Shown here: one piece after another, positions 10,045-19,553 of the stretch
How the letters are laid out: every line of letters starts with the position of its first letter
Numbering within the stretch: the first letter of the stretch is position 1
Virus record (IMG/VR): IMGVR_UViG_3300009103_000037
Coordinates: 1 to 57,826 of that record
Direction: 5' to 3' (one strand)
DNA: 57,826 nt
Origin: a virus
Lineage: Duplodnaviria; Caudoviricetes
Made by a program: the position numbers and the translations under genes
Notes under the pieces: model-generated
What the model was told of the DNA's origin: nothing
The model's input: the letters and a program-made list of their open reading frames with translations, nothing else
The model's database searches: none

Positions 10045-10195
10045 CTTCCCTATAGTGGCCCAATATATCTACTTCTAGATTTGGGCTAAGTTTAAGCATT
10101 TCAACATGCTCATAGGGAACCTTGCCATGAATATATACAACTTTCGTATCAAGATTGGTAACTTTAATCTTACAGAAGAAATTATCTTTATTCAT
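9989..10195 (-). CDS. Hypothetical protein
   Basis: ORF with a GAGG SD. Confidence 0.5.
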   Translation of the reverse strand: MNKDNFFCKIKVTNLDTKVVYIHGKVPYEHVEMLKLSPNLEVDILGHYREDAHEIRKTLQKDRDSIIL

Positions 10196-10238
10196 AAGTG
10201 CCTCTTCTTTCTTTTCGGAATCAATCTATGTTTCAGAA

Positions 10239-11216
10239 TCAATCGTTATTATCACCTTCGTCAATAAGACGGTTAAGCCTTTGTCCTAACCAATGGTGTC
10301 CTGATGCAGAAGGCAATAGCCAAGGCAAATTATCCCTAGACAAGCAGTCTATCAGGCTTTCTACAACTTTATAATCATTACAGCCTACAAACAGCATAGC
10401 CCTAGCTTCGAGCTTGGCAACTCTTTCTTCGGCAAGTTCAACTTGATAAGGCTCAGCATCATTATCCTGATGCTTCAATGACCTCAGCCTTCTATCTGCC
10501 CTTTCCTTATCTTCTCTTATGCCTTCGACAATAGCTCTCTTAAGTCTCTTAGGCGATGACTTTGCAATCTTTGAAACAAGAGAATCGGACAGAGCATCAT
10601 TTGACATAGCTGCCTTAATTATATCCTGCTTCTTGTCTACAGCGCCCTTTTCTCTTTTAACTTGGGACCAAAGATAATCAAACAACTCTTCATCTTTAGA
10701 ACAACTCAGAGCGACCCTTTCCCACATGGAGAACAAATCGCTGTCATCTTCTATAAGAGAATACTTATGAAGCTCGCTCAAGTAGTCAAAATCCTTGTCT
10801 ACAACGGGAGCGATTCTTGCTCGCAACTTATTTGTATCTATCTTATCGTCTATGGGAACATTTGCATAAAACTTTGTTAAAAAACTTTCGCAGAAAGATT
10901 CTGATAAAGATTTTATTCTATGACCATAGTTAGACTTATTGATTGCATTTATTGTTATACACAAAAGCTCATTCCGCTGGTCGGGAAAAGAATTCCAAAT
11001 GTAATTAAAAGTGTCGTCCTTAATGATGGCCTGAGCCTTCTGCGAATTCCAGTATGAACCAAAAGCCTCAACTGCATTTTCTATCGCATAGTTAAAGACA
11101 GCCGACAGATATTCATCTTCCAGAAAATCATCCTGAAAAGATGAGTTTGACTCAACAGTATATGTATTTAAGTAATCAGACATTGTTATTATCCTCTCTT
11201 GAGAGCCTACCTTCAA
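10239..11216 (-). CDS. Helical-repeat protein, paralog family member 1
   Basis: C-terminal VVESLIDCLSRDNLPWLL resembles the ends of three other ORFs. Confidence 0.7.
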   Translation of the reverse strand: MKVGSQERIITMSDYLNTYTVESNSSFQDDFLEDEYLSAVFNYAIENAVEAFGSYWNSQKAQAIIKDDTFNYIWNSFPDQRNELLCITINAINKSNYGHRIKSLSESFCESFLTKFYANVPIDDKIDTNKLRARIAPVVDKDFDYLSELHKYSLIEDDSDLFSMWERVALSCSKDEELFDYLWSQVKREKGAVDKKQDIIKAAMSNDALSDSLVSKIAKSSPKRLKRAIVEGIREDKERADRRLRSLKHQDNDAEPYQVELAEERVAKLEARAMLFVGCNDYKVVESLIDCLSRDNLPWLLPSASGHHWLGQRLNRLIDEGDNND

Positions 11217-11895
11217 GCATCTTGGAAACCCACTTGTTTTTCAAATTTCTATTCGCAAGAAGCATAGGTAAATATTCGGAAGATATTTTCCCAACTAACT
11301 CTGAAAATGGGCCTCTTGCTATCTCTTTAGTCATATCATTTAGCTTTTCATATCCAATCGGAGCCGCCCTTACCCCGTCTTCTCTTATCTCTGCCATCTT
11401 ATCTGACAGCATTAAGTCTAAGCACTCTACCGGACCAAGCCTTTGAAAGACAATCTTTCTCACCTTCACTGACTTTGCATCAGTTATATCTCTAAGGGCA
11501 TCAACGCTACAAAATTGTGCGGCAACATATTGAGCTTCCCCCTCGTCATTTCTGGCAACATAATCAAGAACAGAAACATCAGAGTAAAGCCCCCTAGAGA
11601 GAACTAGCTCTCTTGCTCTATAAATCGGACTCTCCTTTAATATGCGATCTGACTTATGATTATATTTAAGTAATGCAGCTAAAAGAATCTTATCTGCCAC
11701 CCAAGTGTTTATTCCCACTTTATTCATAATCTCTCGATAAACCTTATCTCCAAAGAATACATCATCAAATGTCTTCTCGTCTAAAGACGAAATATTCTCT
11801 TGAATTAATCTATCGGCATCTCTCCAGCCAGCTTTATTGATCTCGTCTAAAAAGCTTGTAAAGTTATTTAATCTCTCTTTTTTTGTCATTATCAT
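11176..11895 (-). CDS. HEAT-like helical-repeat protein, paralog family member 2
   Basis: Repeats such as LRDITDAKSVKVRK and LMLSDKMAEIRE; C-terminal FSELVGKISSEYLPMLL. Confidence 0.7.
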   Translation of the reverse strand: MIMTKKERLNNFTSFLDEINKAGWRDADRLIQENISSLDEKTFDDVFFGDKVYREIMNKVGINTWVADKILLAALLKYNHKSDRILKESPIYRARELVLSRGLYSDVSVLDYVARNDEGEAQYVAAQFCSVDALRDITDAKSVKVRKIVFQRLGPVECLDLMLSDKMAEIREDGVRAAPIGYEKLNDMTKEIARGPFSELVGKISSEYLPMLLANRNLKNKWVSKMLEGRLSREDNNNV

Positions 11896-12721
11896 CTCCT
11901 ACGGCTAGTTGTGACAAATCTTCTATTCGGAATCCAGAAGCGTTCTTATGACCCCCACCTCCAAAGTGTGCGGCAATCAAAGATACATCATCGCCGCCCT
12001 CTTTGGACCTTAAGGAAAACTTATAAGCCTCGCCATCAAAATAATAGGCGGCAGCATAATCAGCGGTCAGAGCCAACTCTGCCGCTATCTCTGATTGAAA
12101 AAAGGGAATGTTTATAACAGGAACAACCTTGCCCATTATGTTTGTTTGATAAGCATTTCTCATCAATGCCTTTATTAGATTCTTTTTATATTGAAGAATC
12201 CCCTCTCCCATCGTCTTAACTCTTTTCCACCTAACAGAATCCTCTGCGTCTAAGTAACTATGAAGCATATCCCAGTTCTCAAATGTTCTTTCAAAAGAGT
12301 CTACTGCTGACAATATTTCCTCTGTAGAATCAAGGTTCCATTTCCATAAATCCCTATCTTCCACATACCTTATTAAGAGTGGTACATTCTCCCCTGAGAA
12401 AAGATAATCCCAGGCTAAAAAAGCACCCGAATGATCCATATCAAAGCTGCAAAACTCAAGATCACCACACTCTTCCTGTGAAGACTTATGATGGTCTAGT
12501 ACCACAAGACTGTTTGCATCAGCTTTCATCTGTATCATTACCGGCCTCTTATAACAGAAGTCGGCCATAAATACATCGCAATCATCAACATTAGGTGGTT
12601 CGGTTCCGTGAGACACAGGGATATACTCTATAGAGCTTCCATACTTTCTCCAAAAAGCCCACGCTGCTCCAAAGCCATCTGGACACCCTGCGTGATATAG
12701 TAACACTGTTTTTCTTGACAT
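11864..12721 (-). CDS. DHH/DHHA1 phosphoesterase
   Basis: YHAGCPDGF, VLDHH, EDRDLW, FSLRS and GGGGHKNASG. Confidence 0.92.
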   Translation of the reverse strand: MSRKTVLLYHAGCPDGFGAAWAFWRKYGSSIEYIPVSHGTEPPNVDDCDVFMADFCYKRPVMIQMKADANSLVVLDHHKSSQEECGDLEFCSFDMDHSGAFLAWDYLFSGENVPLLIRYVEDRDLWKWNLDSTEEILSAVDSFERTFENWDMLHSYLDAEDSVRWKRVKTMGEGILQYKKNLIKALMRNAYQTNIMGKVVPVINIPFFQSEIAAELALTADYAAAYYFDGEAYKFSLRSKEGGDDVSLIAAHFGGGGHKNASGFRIEDLSQLAVGDDNDKKREIK

Positions 12722-13738
12722 TTATATTCCTTCTGGAGAAGAGGAAAAAGTTATACTACGAATAAGGTCCGAACAGTCTCTTACTGATCCATGAATATAA
12801 TGTTTCATTTCATCAATAGAGGTAAATGTATATAGTGAATCTCTGTGATATGCTTTATAGATACCAAGCTCTTTAAGCACATCACACTTACTTACTACCA
12901 AATCTGTAGTTCCAGTTACCGTAATAGCCTTACAAAGATAGTCTAAGTTCAGCCAGTTAACCTTTCTTCTTCTCCCTGTTGTTACGCCATATTCCTGTCC
13001 TATACGGCCAATTTCACTTAATTCTGAATCCTCAAAAAGAGATACAGGAAACATCGGATCTTCACCACTTCTTGTGTCATAAATCTTAGCCGCCCCCCAA
13101 ACTCTATCTATCTTTTGAGAAGGAAAGCCAAGACTGCAAGCTCCATAGGGAAGCGTTGTTGACGACGTAACATAAGGATAATTACCTTGGTCTAAGTCAA
13201 GCCAAACACCTTGCGCTCCTTCGCATAAAATGTTGCCTTTTAACTCTCCGTTCCAAACTAAATCATCCTCTAAGACATCCTTTGCCAAAAGACCTGTTCT
13301 TCCCGCTTTGGCCGCATAACATGGAGCGATACCCTTGCTGGTTGTGCCAAGCTTTTCTGCCAAATTATCTTTATCAAATTGGAGAAACTCATCTTTTACT
13401 ATGTGGCAGTTCGGAGAAACCTTGATCAAAGAGGTGTCAAACCCACTCTCTTCTAAGTATCTCAACTCTTCATAAAAAGACTTTGGATGAAGAACACATG
13501 CCGGTCCAACTAAAGATGGAATACCGTGAAAAACTCCAGACGGAACAAGGTGTGTTTTATACCTCTTTCCGTCAACATATACGGTATGTCCCGCATTATT
13601 TCCTCCGGCCCATCTTGCGACCAAAGAGTAGTAAGAAAGACCATTTTCTTCCACTTTTGATGCAAGCTGGCTAGTGATTTTTCCCTTTGCTTCATCACCC
13701 CAAGCAAGACCAACAACAATATCTGCTTTGCTTATCAT
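12722..13738 (-). CDS. purA: Adenylosuccinate synthetase (short form)
   Basis: WGDEAKGK, GGNNAGHT, LGTTSKGIAP, EGAQG, YPYVTSS and GVTTGRRR. Confidence 0.93.
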   Translation of the reverse strand: MISKADIVVGLAWGDEAKGKITSQLASKVEENGLSYYSLVARWAGGNNAGHTVYVDGKRYKTHLVPSGVFHGIPSLVGPACVLHPKSFYEELRYLEESGFDTSLIKVSPNCHIVKDEFLQFDKDNLAEKLGTTSKGIAPCYAAKAGRTGLLAKDVLEDDLVWNGELKGNILCEGAQGVWLDLDQGNYPYVTSSTTLPYGACSLGFPSQKIDRVWGAAKIYDTRSGEDPMFPVSLFEDSELSEIGRIGQEYGVTTGRRRKVNWLNLDYLCKAITVTGTTDLVVSKCDVLKELGIYKAYHRDSLYTFTSIDEMKHYIHGSVRDCSDLIRSITFSSSPEGI

Positions 13739-13753
13739 TTATAATCACCTTTT

Positions 13754-14329
13754 TTAAAAAAGACTCTCTGCTTCTCTAATCTTACTTGGACGACGCAAAA
13801 AAGTAATACCTTCTTTGTGTGCAGAAACCGTTGCGGTAAAAGAGATTACCTTACCAGCGGTGTAATCATAGGCTTTAGAGGTCTTAAAGTAAAACCTCCA
13901 CCCTCTATCATCCATGCAAATTATCGCTGGCATAGGATACTCCGCATCATCCTTTGCGGCAACTATCTTTGCTATAACAAGGTTTTTAAAGTCAGCCCTA
14001 TCACCCTCTGCGTAGTTCGGCGGGTCAAGAAGAATCGCTTTAGCTATCGAATCAACCAGCTTATTTATAGAGGCAATCCATTTATCTGTAAGGAAGTGAG
14101 GAGTTTCTGATATGACTTTCAATGAAGACCTCAGAAAATCATTATTAGGATTCTCTTGAACTTTTACTGCCAAAAGACCAAAAGCCATAGGGTTTATCTT
14201 TGAAAGCTTTTCTTCTCCAGCTTCAGATAAATCTTTACTACGGCTTTTAGAGCGTTTCTTAGAACGCTTTTTGCGAACATTAGATCCGCTATTTGTATTG
14301 AATATGCTAATCATAATAATTCCTCGCAC
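13754..14329 (-). CDS. Hypothetical protein (basic N-terminus, OB-fold-like C-terminus)
   Basis: ORF downstream of the promoter motif at 14343. Confidence 0.6.
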   Translation of the reverse strand: MRGIIMISIFNTNSGSNVRKKRSKKRSKSRSKDLSEAGEEKLSKINPMAFGLLAVKVQENPNNDFLRSSLKVISETPHFLTDKWIASINKLVDSIAKAILLDPPNYAEGDRADFKNLVIAKIVAAKDDAEYPMPAIICMDDRGWRFYFKTSKAYDYTAGKVISFTATVSAHKEGITFLRRPSKIREAESLF

Positions 14330-14395
14330 CTTCTCAACCAGATATAACTGGTGGAGGAATTATTTTAAATATTATTTATAAACCCATATCAAGCT

Positions 14396-16855
14396 CTACT
14401 GTCGCGGTTGTAGCCGCCCCCCGTGAGCGCCTGCACCTTCTCCAGTTTCAATCGGCGTTCCCTGTCCTTTTCTTCCTTTTGGCTTAGGCTTCTTTCCTCC
14501 GGTTCGACGGTGTTGCCATTTTTCTTCACCAAAAAGTGCTTCTCCGGCATCATTGTATTGTTTTCGATCTGTCGCCCGACTCTGATCAAACCAACCTGAA
14601 TCGTCGTCGCCCCTTCTCTTAGTAAGCTCATTTCTATACTCTTGTCGGTGTGAAAGAAACGTCTTCCATTTTGCTTCATCTTCCTTTGGAACCGCTCTCA
14701 ATAGAGCCTCCATTTCTTTGGAATTCATAACAGATTGCCCAGCTTTATCTAGACCAACTGCTCCAGCTCTTCGTCGAAGGTTGATCAACGTAGCTTTTCC
14801 ATCAAACTCGGCTAAGTAAAAGTCTTCTCCGTCTCTCTTCCGAATAAAGAGTGTTCCGACAGGGGGTAGCCCAGTATCGCTGTTAAAGCGAACCGTCGCG
14901 CCGTTCTCGCCAATAATAAAGAAGTCATTTGAATTTACTTGTGACTTCTTTTCTTCTTCTGCTGCTTTTGCCGTGTCTTCCGCCGCTTTTGTTGCCGCCT
15001 TAACCGCAGCTATTGACTTTCTAATCTCCCACTGTAACGCTCTGCCAGCCGGATTAGGTTGCCCGTCTGAAGTTGTTTCTGACGTATCAGCCTTGTATCT
15101 CTTGCTCAATTCTATTGCAGGATGCGACCCAGGCGCGGTGAAAAGAGCAAGGTTATCATTTCTTTTCTTAATTTCATCTGGCGTTTTTGCTTCCAAAAGA
15201 GTCTTGGTAGTAAACTCATCTCCATATGGAGCTAAGTATTCATCTCTCGCCGCAAGAGGCTTAGGATATAACATATATGCTTTCAAGGTATCTTGATCAA
15301 GCTCTTTCTCTATCTTAGCTTGCGCTCCACCTTCCTCATGCTTAAAGCCTTTAACCTCGGTGTCAGCGACCCACTCAGCGCCCAGTCCTGATGACCATGC
15401 TGCTCTGATAGTGCTGTTTTTCCATGAGCTTTTAACTCCTTTTGCATCACTCTTTGCGGAGGTCCACAAGCTCCTGGCTTTCGCCAGTCGCTCTGGCTTC
15501 GCATTTACCCAATCTCTAAAGGCATCACCTTCCTCTTTCTTGGTGATTTTGCCTCCCGTTAAGTCACTCATTGACTGCCGTGGCTTTCTAGAGCGAGTGC
15601 TGCTTTTTGGCTTCAGTGCTTTCTGTGCCTGTGCCTCAGTCATAAACGGACCTAAAGTCTTTCCGGTCGCGTCCTTAGCGTGCCATACACCCTGTGCAGA
15701 AGTCCAATGAGTACCCTTGGGGCCATCTGTCTTATATTTCGGGTTTGATACCGACGCACCTGGGCCACTCCCGCCAGCGGCTTTTGTCGTATCTTTCGCC
15801 TTTTCAGCCGCAGTAAGGCACCATTTCCCATCGTTAGAAGGAACCATTGATGGAGGGCAACCGCCCGAAGTTGGCATCTTAGCCTTAGCAGTTTTTAATA
15901 AAGAATCTAATTTAGCCGAAGCTTCTGCGTCAAGTGCTGGCGAAGTCTTTGGTTTATCGGGAGGATCAAGAACAACATCACTAATAGCTATTGGCTCATA
16001 TTTTCCAGAGGATCGAGCAGTCTCTACTGCGGCCAACCACTCTCCACCAACTTTAGCGTAACCAACCATAAGACACTTATCTTTATCCCAGTGTTCATCG
16101 CCACCATGTGAATGAGATCCGTGAGCTTGCTGCCATGCTGTGACACTTTCCTGTTTCCAAAGCTTCAGAGCATCGACCACTTTCTGGTCATTGTAATTGC
16201 TCTCATAAATGCCAAGCGTTATTACCTTACCTGGTGCAAAGTCTTTGTGAATCCGATGTGCGTCACGTTCTCCACCTAGCGCGTAATAGGCTGCTTTCTC
16301 TTTGGTTAAGCCTGACGGCACAAGCCATCTGACATACATCATCTCCCCTTTCGGACCTCGCCTTAATTCGCCTGTACGCATAATAACCTTTAGGTGCTTC
16401 TGTGCATACTCATTATTTTTTCTCATCCACTCAGTCAAGTTATTGTAAAAGCTGGTAGGAAACCACCAGACCATCTTTCCGAGCGCGGGGCTTGTGAGTG
16501 CATACCCAGTCTTATAACCCGTCCAGTTCTCCGGATTTATTGACATCTCCCATATATTATCACCGGCCATTGTAGCCTTTACAAATAGGTTCCACTCATT
16601 GGTGTCTATCTTTCCGTTGTTTTCGACTGACTTCGCATAATAACTTGCTTGCCACAAAAGCTTTTGAAGCGCAACCCAAGCTGCCGTTGTTTCTTTACCA
16701 CGCTGCCCCTCGCCTTGGTCTGGAATACCATAACCCTTTGAAAAGCCAGCCGCCTTTATTAAAACTAAATCCCTAACGGTGTCGGCCTGTTTAAGATGAC
16801 CTCTGCCTTCTAATGCTGTCGCTAGTCTAGTAAGTTCTTGTTGTTCTTTGTTCAT
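14396..16855 (-). CDS. Large 819-aa protein with N-terminal targeting-like motif
   Basis: N-terminus ELTRLATALEGRGHLKQADTVRDLVLIKAA; Ala/Lys/Gly-rich linkers. Confidence 0.8.
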   Translation of the reverse strand: MNKEQQELTRLATALEGRGHLKQADTVRDLVLIKAAGFSKGYGIPDQGEGQRGKETTAAWVALQKLLWQASYYAKSVENNGKIDTNEWNLFVKATMAGDNIWEMSINPENWTGYKTGYALTSPALGKMVWWFPTSFYNNLTEWMRKNNEYAQKHLKVIMRTGELRRGPKGEMMYVRWLVPSGLTKEKAAYYALGGERDAHRIHKDFAPGKVITLGIYESNYNDQKVVDALKLWKQESVTAWQQAHGSHSHGGDEHWDKDKCLMVGYAKVGGEWLAAVETARSSGKYEPIAISDVVLDPPDKPKTSPALDAEASAKLDSLLKTAKAKMPTSGGCPPSMVPSNDGKWCLTAAEKAKDTTKAAGGSGPGASVSNPKYKTDGPKGTHWTSAQGVWHAKDATGKTLGPFMTEAQAQKALKPKSSTRSRKPRQSMSDLTGGKITKKEEGDAFRDWVNAKPERLAKARSLWTSAKSDAKGVKSSWKNSTIRAAWSSGLGAEWVADTEVKGFKHEEGGAQAKIEKELDQDTLKAYMLYPKPLAARDEYLAPYGDEFTTKTLLEAKTPDEIKKRNDNLALFTAPGSHPAIELSKRYKADTSETTSDGQPNPAGRALQWEIRKSIAAVKAATKAAEDTAKAAEEEKKSQVNSNDFFIIGENGATVRFNSDTGLPPVGTLFIRKRDGEDFYLAEFDGKATLINLRRRAGAVGLDKAGQSVMNSKEMEALLRAVPKEDEAKWKTFLSHRQEYRNELTKRRGDDDSGWFDQSRATDRKQYNDAGEALFGEEKWQHRRTGGKKPKPKGRKGQGTPIETGEGAGAHGGRLQPRQ

Positions 16856-16864
16856 TTATAGCCC

Positions 16865-17401
16865 CTAAATTTTTTCCTTATTTAGCTTCCCATCATTTGA
16901 GTGTAGAAAACTAAAGAAATCTTCAAACTCAGTTTGATCAAGAATATTAATAGGTTTATTATTACATCTATCTATATTAGCAGGTGGATAAGATTCTTCT
17001 GAGTCAATATTTGATTCTGCTCCAAAAAAACTCTCTGCAACTTCCTTGTCTTGCTGTTCATATTTATCTCTTCTTCTGTGAGATACATTTCCATCTGGAC
17101 TTCCATAAGGAACGTCAAGCAGCCCATGTGCTTTTTTGCTAAAGTCTTCATCATCATCTGTAAAGCTAACGCCCGGCTCGGCATCCTCAGAGTAACTTAT
17201 AACATGCTGCGGCTTATTATAGTGCTGACCCGCAACAGTCTCATTATTACTACCAACTAAATCCAATATACTCAATTCATCTTCATCAGAAGAGTTTTCT
17301 TTTAACTCTGCATACTTAGTCAAAAAATTCACCATGTCTACCTCTGCGCTAAGGCCTTTAGCATAAAGATACATACTCAACTTTTCAAGTTTACTACGCA
17401 T
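16865..17401 (-). CDS. Acidic protein with N-terminal targeting-like motif
   Basis: MRSKLEKLSMYLYAKGLSAEVDMVNFLTKYA. Confidence 0.75.
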   Translation of the reverse strand: MRSKLEKLSMYLYAKGLSAEVDMVNFLTKYAELKENSSDEDELSILDLVGSNNETVAGQHYNKPQHVISYSEDAEPGVSFTDDDEDFSKKAHGLLDVPYGSPDGNVSHRRRDKYEQQDKEVAESFFGAESNIDSEESYPPANIDRCNNKPINILDQTEFEDFFSFLHSNDGKLNKEKI

Positions 17402-17417
17402 ACCATCCTCGAATTAC

Positions 17418-18263
17418 TTAACCTCTATTCACATTTCCACGAGATGTTAGCGAGAACTCCTTAGAAATTAACTCAGCCATCTTACCAATCCTATCGGTCG
17501 AAGCAGTAGAGGCAAAATCAAGAGCAGGATCGCTATCACCAAGATCGACTCCACCAGACTCAACAGCTGCAATAGCAGCATCTCCATCAACGTCTTCAAC
17601 GTTTTCTGCTTGAAGCAACTCGTTATCAGTAGCACCATCTGCGGCTGCATCTAGGAAAAAATCATGCTCTGCGCTTTTCAGAATCGCATCCAACCTATCT
17701 GCAAGATCTGAGTGACCAAGCTTGTCTAAATGAGTTGCTAAGTTTATTATTTCTTTCTTCATTTTAATATCTCCATTTTTCGATAATTCTAAAGGTGAAA
17801 TTACCTTATTATCAGCATTAGTAATAGATGCTGTTGCAAAACTTGAAGTAAAAGCATTCTCACGAGACTCCGCAACCCCCTCACCTCCGGGAAAATCTCC
17901 ATCCTTATGATCATCAATATGGGCTAATTCATGTATTAGCATCTTTGCAACCCCATCCAACATATCCCGATATACTGGATCATTTTGATCCATCTGATTT
18001 ATTTTAGACAAAATATCTTTAGGCCACTCCTTTTCTATATTTGTAACCACTAGATTTATTGTCTCTATATCTCCGTCATCGTTTGTATCTTCCGTTGTAA
18101 CATACGCCTTTGCATTAGGAGCTACTCCTGCTGGTAATGATTGGTGCCACTTCAGCTTATCGCTTCCCAATAAAGAGTGTACTGAGCTAGGGAGATTCTG
18201 AATCTTCCTTAAATCTCCTTCCATCTTATTCCAATAAGATGGTTGATTTGCTTTCTTTTTCAT
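17418..18263 (-). CDS. HExxH metalloprotease-like protein with an internal targeting-like motif (nested start at 17762)
   Basis: LIHELAHID..GEGVAE; internal MKKEIINLATHLDKLGHSDLADRLDAILKSA with its own SD. Confidence 0.75.
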   Translation of the reverse strand: MKKKANQPSYWNKMEGDLRKIQNLPSSVHSLLGSDKLKWHQSLPAGVAPNAKAYVTTEDTNDDGDIETINLVVTNIEKEWPKDILSKINQMDQNDPVYRDMLDGVAKMLIHELAHIDDHKDGDFPGGEGVAESRENAFTSSFATASITNADNKVISPLELSKNGDIKMKKEIINLATHLDKLGHSDLADRLDAILKSAEHDFFLDAAADGATDNELLQAENVEDVDGDAAIAAVESGGVDLGDSDPALDFASTASTDRIGKMAELISKEFSLTSRGNVNRG

Positions 18264-18291
18264 AAAACCTCACTCATTTCTTTATTATACC

Positions 18292-18705
18292 TTAAAACTT
18301 TGGAACAAAAACTCTTGACTTTCTAGGCTTTTTATAATAGGTTGATGTTGTAATTATGTCTATACCCTCAGGTCTTATTACAGAAAAGAAAAAATTAAAA
18401 GCCGTTCTTGATTTGACTTTCCTTATCTCTATCCAGCTTCTCTTTTGAGTATCTATACTTGATGTATTTGAGACAAACATGTGAACAACACCATCGGCGC
18501 TTACAGCAAAGTCTTGTGCTATAATATCATTAAGCTGCCTATTGCTTAGGTCAGAAAGAAGCTCTCTTTTTCCTATCAGCCTTTCGTCAAAATATTTCCT
18601 ATACTTAATTCTAGCAGTAGTAGATACACGAATTGGAAGTCCGGTCCTTGGATCGGTTAGTGTCGCTTGTTCCATCCCTGCGTTCTTTGTAATACTATTC
18701 TGCAT
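18292..18705 (-). CDS. Hypothetical basic protein
   Basis: ORF preceded by a TGCTAATA box (18739-18746); N-terminal TKNAG. Confidence 0.65.
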   Translation of the reverse strand: MQNSITKNAGMEQATLTDPRTGLPIRVSTTARIKYRKYFDERLIGKRELLSDLSNRQLNDIIAQDFAVSADGVVHMFVSNTSSIDTQKRSWIEIRKVKSRTAFNFFFSVIRPEGIDIITTSTYYKKPRKSRVFVPKF

Positions 18706-18747
18706 ACCTTATCCTAAAGTTTACAGAATATTATCTAATATTAGCAT

Positions 18748-18776
18748 AAAAAAAGCCCAACCTTTGGTTGGGCTTA
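18748..18776 (-). terminator. Intrinsic terminator
   Basis: AAGCCCAACC-AAA-GGTTGGGCTT followed by T-run on the minus strand. Confidence 0.8.
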
Positions 18777-18795
18777 AAATAATTATAGCGCATCT

Positions 18796-19233
18796 TTACA
18801 AAGCTTCTTTGCCTTCATCCTCTAGGATGTCCCTTGCAGCGTTATACATTGACTGAGTAATGGTAGATACTATACCTATACCTTTAGCCGCCTTATTGAT
18901 CGCAGGAGTAGCACCTACTACAGCATGTGCCATCTGAACTCTGTTGTCTTTAGTTGGATTTTTATCATGCCTTTCCTTTGCAGTCGCAAGCTCACTCCAT
19001 CCAGATATTCCAGTCGGGTCAAAGAAAGCTATAACCTCTCGGAACAACCTATCAATATGTGTTGATAACTTTAGATCTTTCCTACGGTTCCTCCATATCC
19101 ACTCTCTATTGTTACACAATCGGTCATAGGGATCGCAGCCTACGCCACCTTGGGAATCCGGGTCAAGCAAGGGTTGAAAAGAAAGCTTATGCAGCCTACT
19201 AAGCCTACTGTATCTGTCTGTCTTATTTTTCAT
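18796..19233 (-). CDS. Hypothetical protein with pre-toxin-like DPTG/GxxP segment
   Basis: AFFDPTGISGW...AVVGATPAINKAAKG. Confidence 0.6.
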   Translation of the reverse strand: MKNKTDRYSRLSRLHKLSFQPLLDPDSQGGVGCDPYDRLCNNREWIWRNRRKDLKLSTHIDRLFREVIAFFDPTGISGWSELATAKERHDKNPTKDNRVQMAHAVVGATPAINKAAKGIGIVSTITQSMYNAARDILEDEGKEAL

Positions 19234-19292
19234 AAAAAAATCCTATCAACTTCTTTGACTGTAATAGTCTCAAGAAATTAATAGGATTAAAC

Positions 19293-19553
19293 CTACAAGG
19301 TAATGAAGTAAGCTAAAAACTTATATAGTTCTTCTTCTGATTCTACCTTTAAATCTTTAGGCATCTTTTCGTACCCTGCCTTTACTAACTGAACATTATT
19401 GTCAATATAATGTTGTTCGACAAGATTTCTCTTTACCGCCATAATCGACCCGTCGAAACTAAGCTGTAATGTCGATAGCTCGTCAAGATCAATCTCTTTA
19501 AATCTATTCTTATGTAGAGGCATATCAAGCCATACAAAATCAGACATTATCAT
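19293..19553 (-). CDS. Hypothetical protein
   Basis: ORF coupled to the upstream gene. Confidence 0.55.
   Translation of the reverse strand: MIMSDFVWLDMPLHKNRFKEIDLDELSTLQLSFDGSIMAVKRNLVEQHYIDNNVQLVKAGYEKMPKDLKVESEEELYKFLAYFITL

Noticed and set aside
12722-13738. PurZ (2-aminoadenine Z-genome pathway)
   Set aside because: The catalytic Asp is retained (GDEAKGK), whereas PurZ has Ser at this position. No dATPase (DatZ) or MazZ-like gene is seen.
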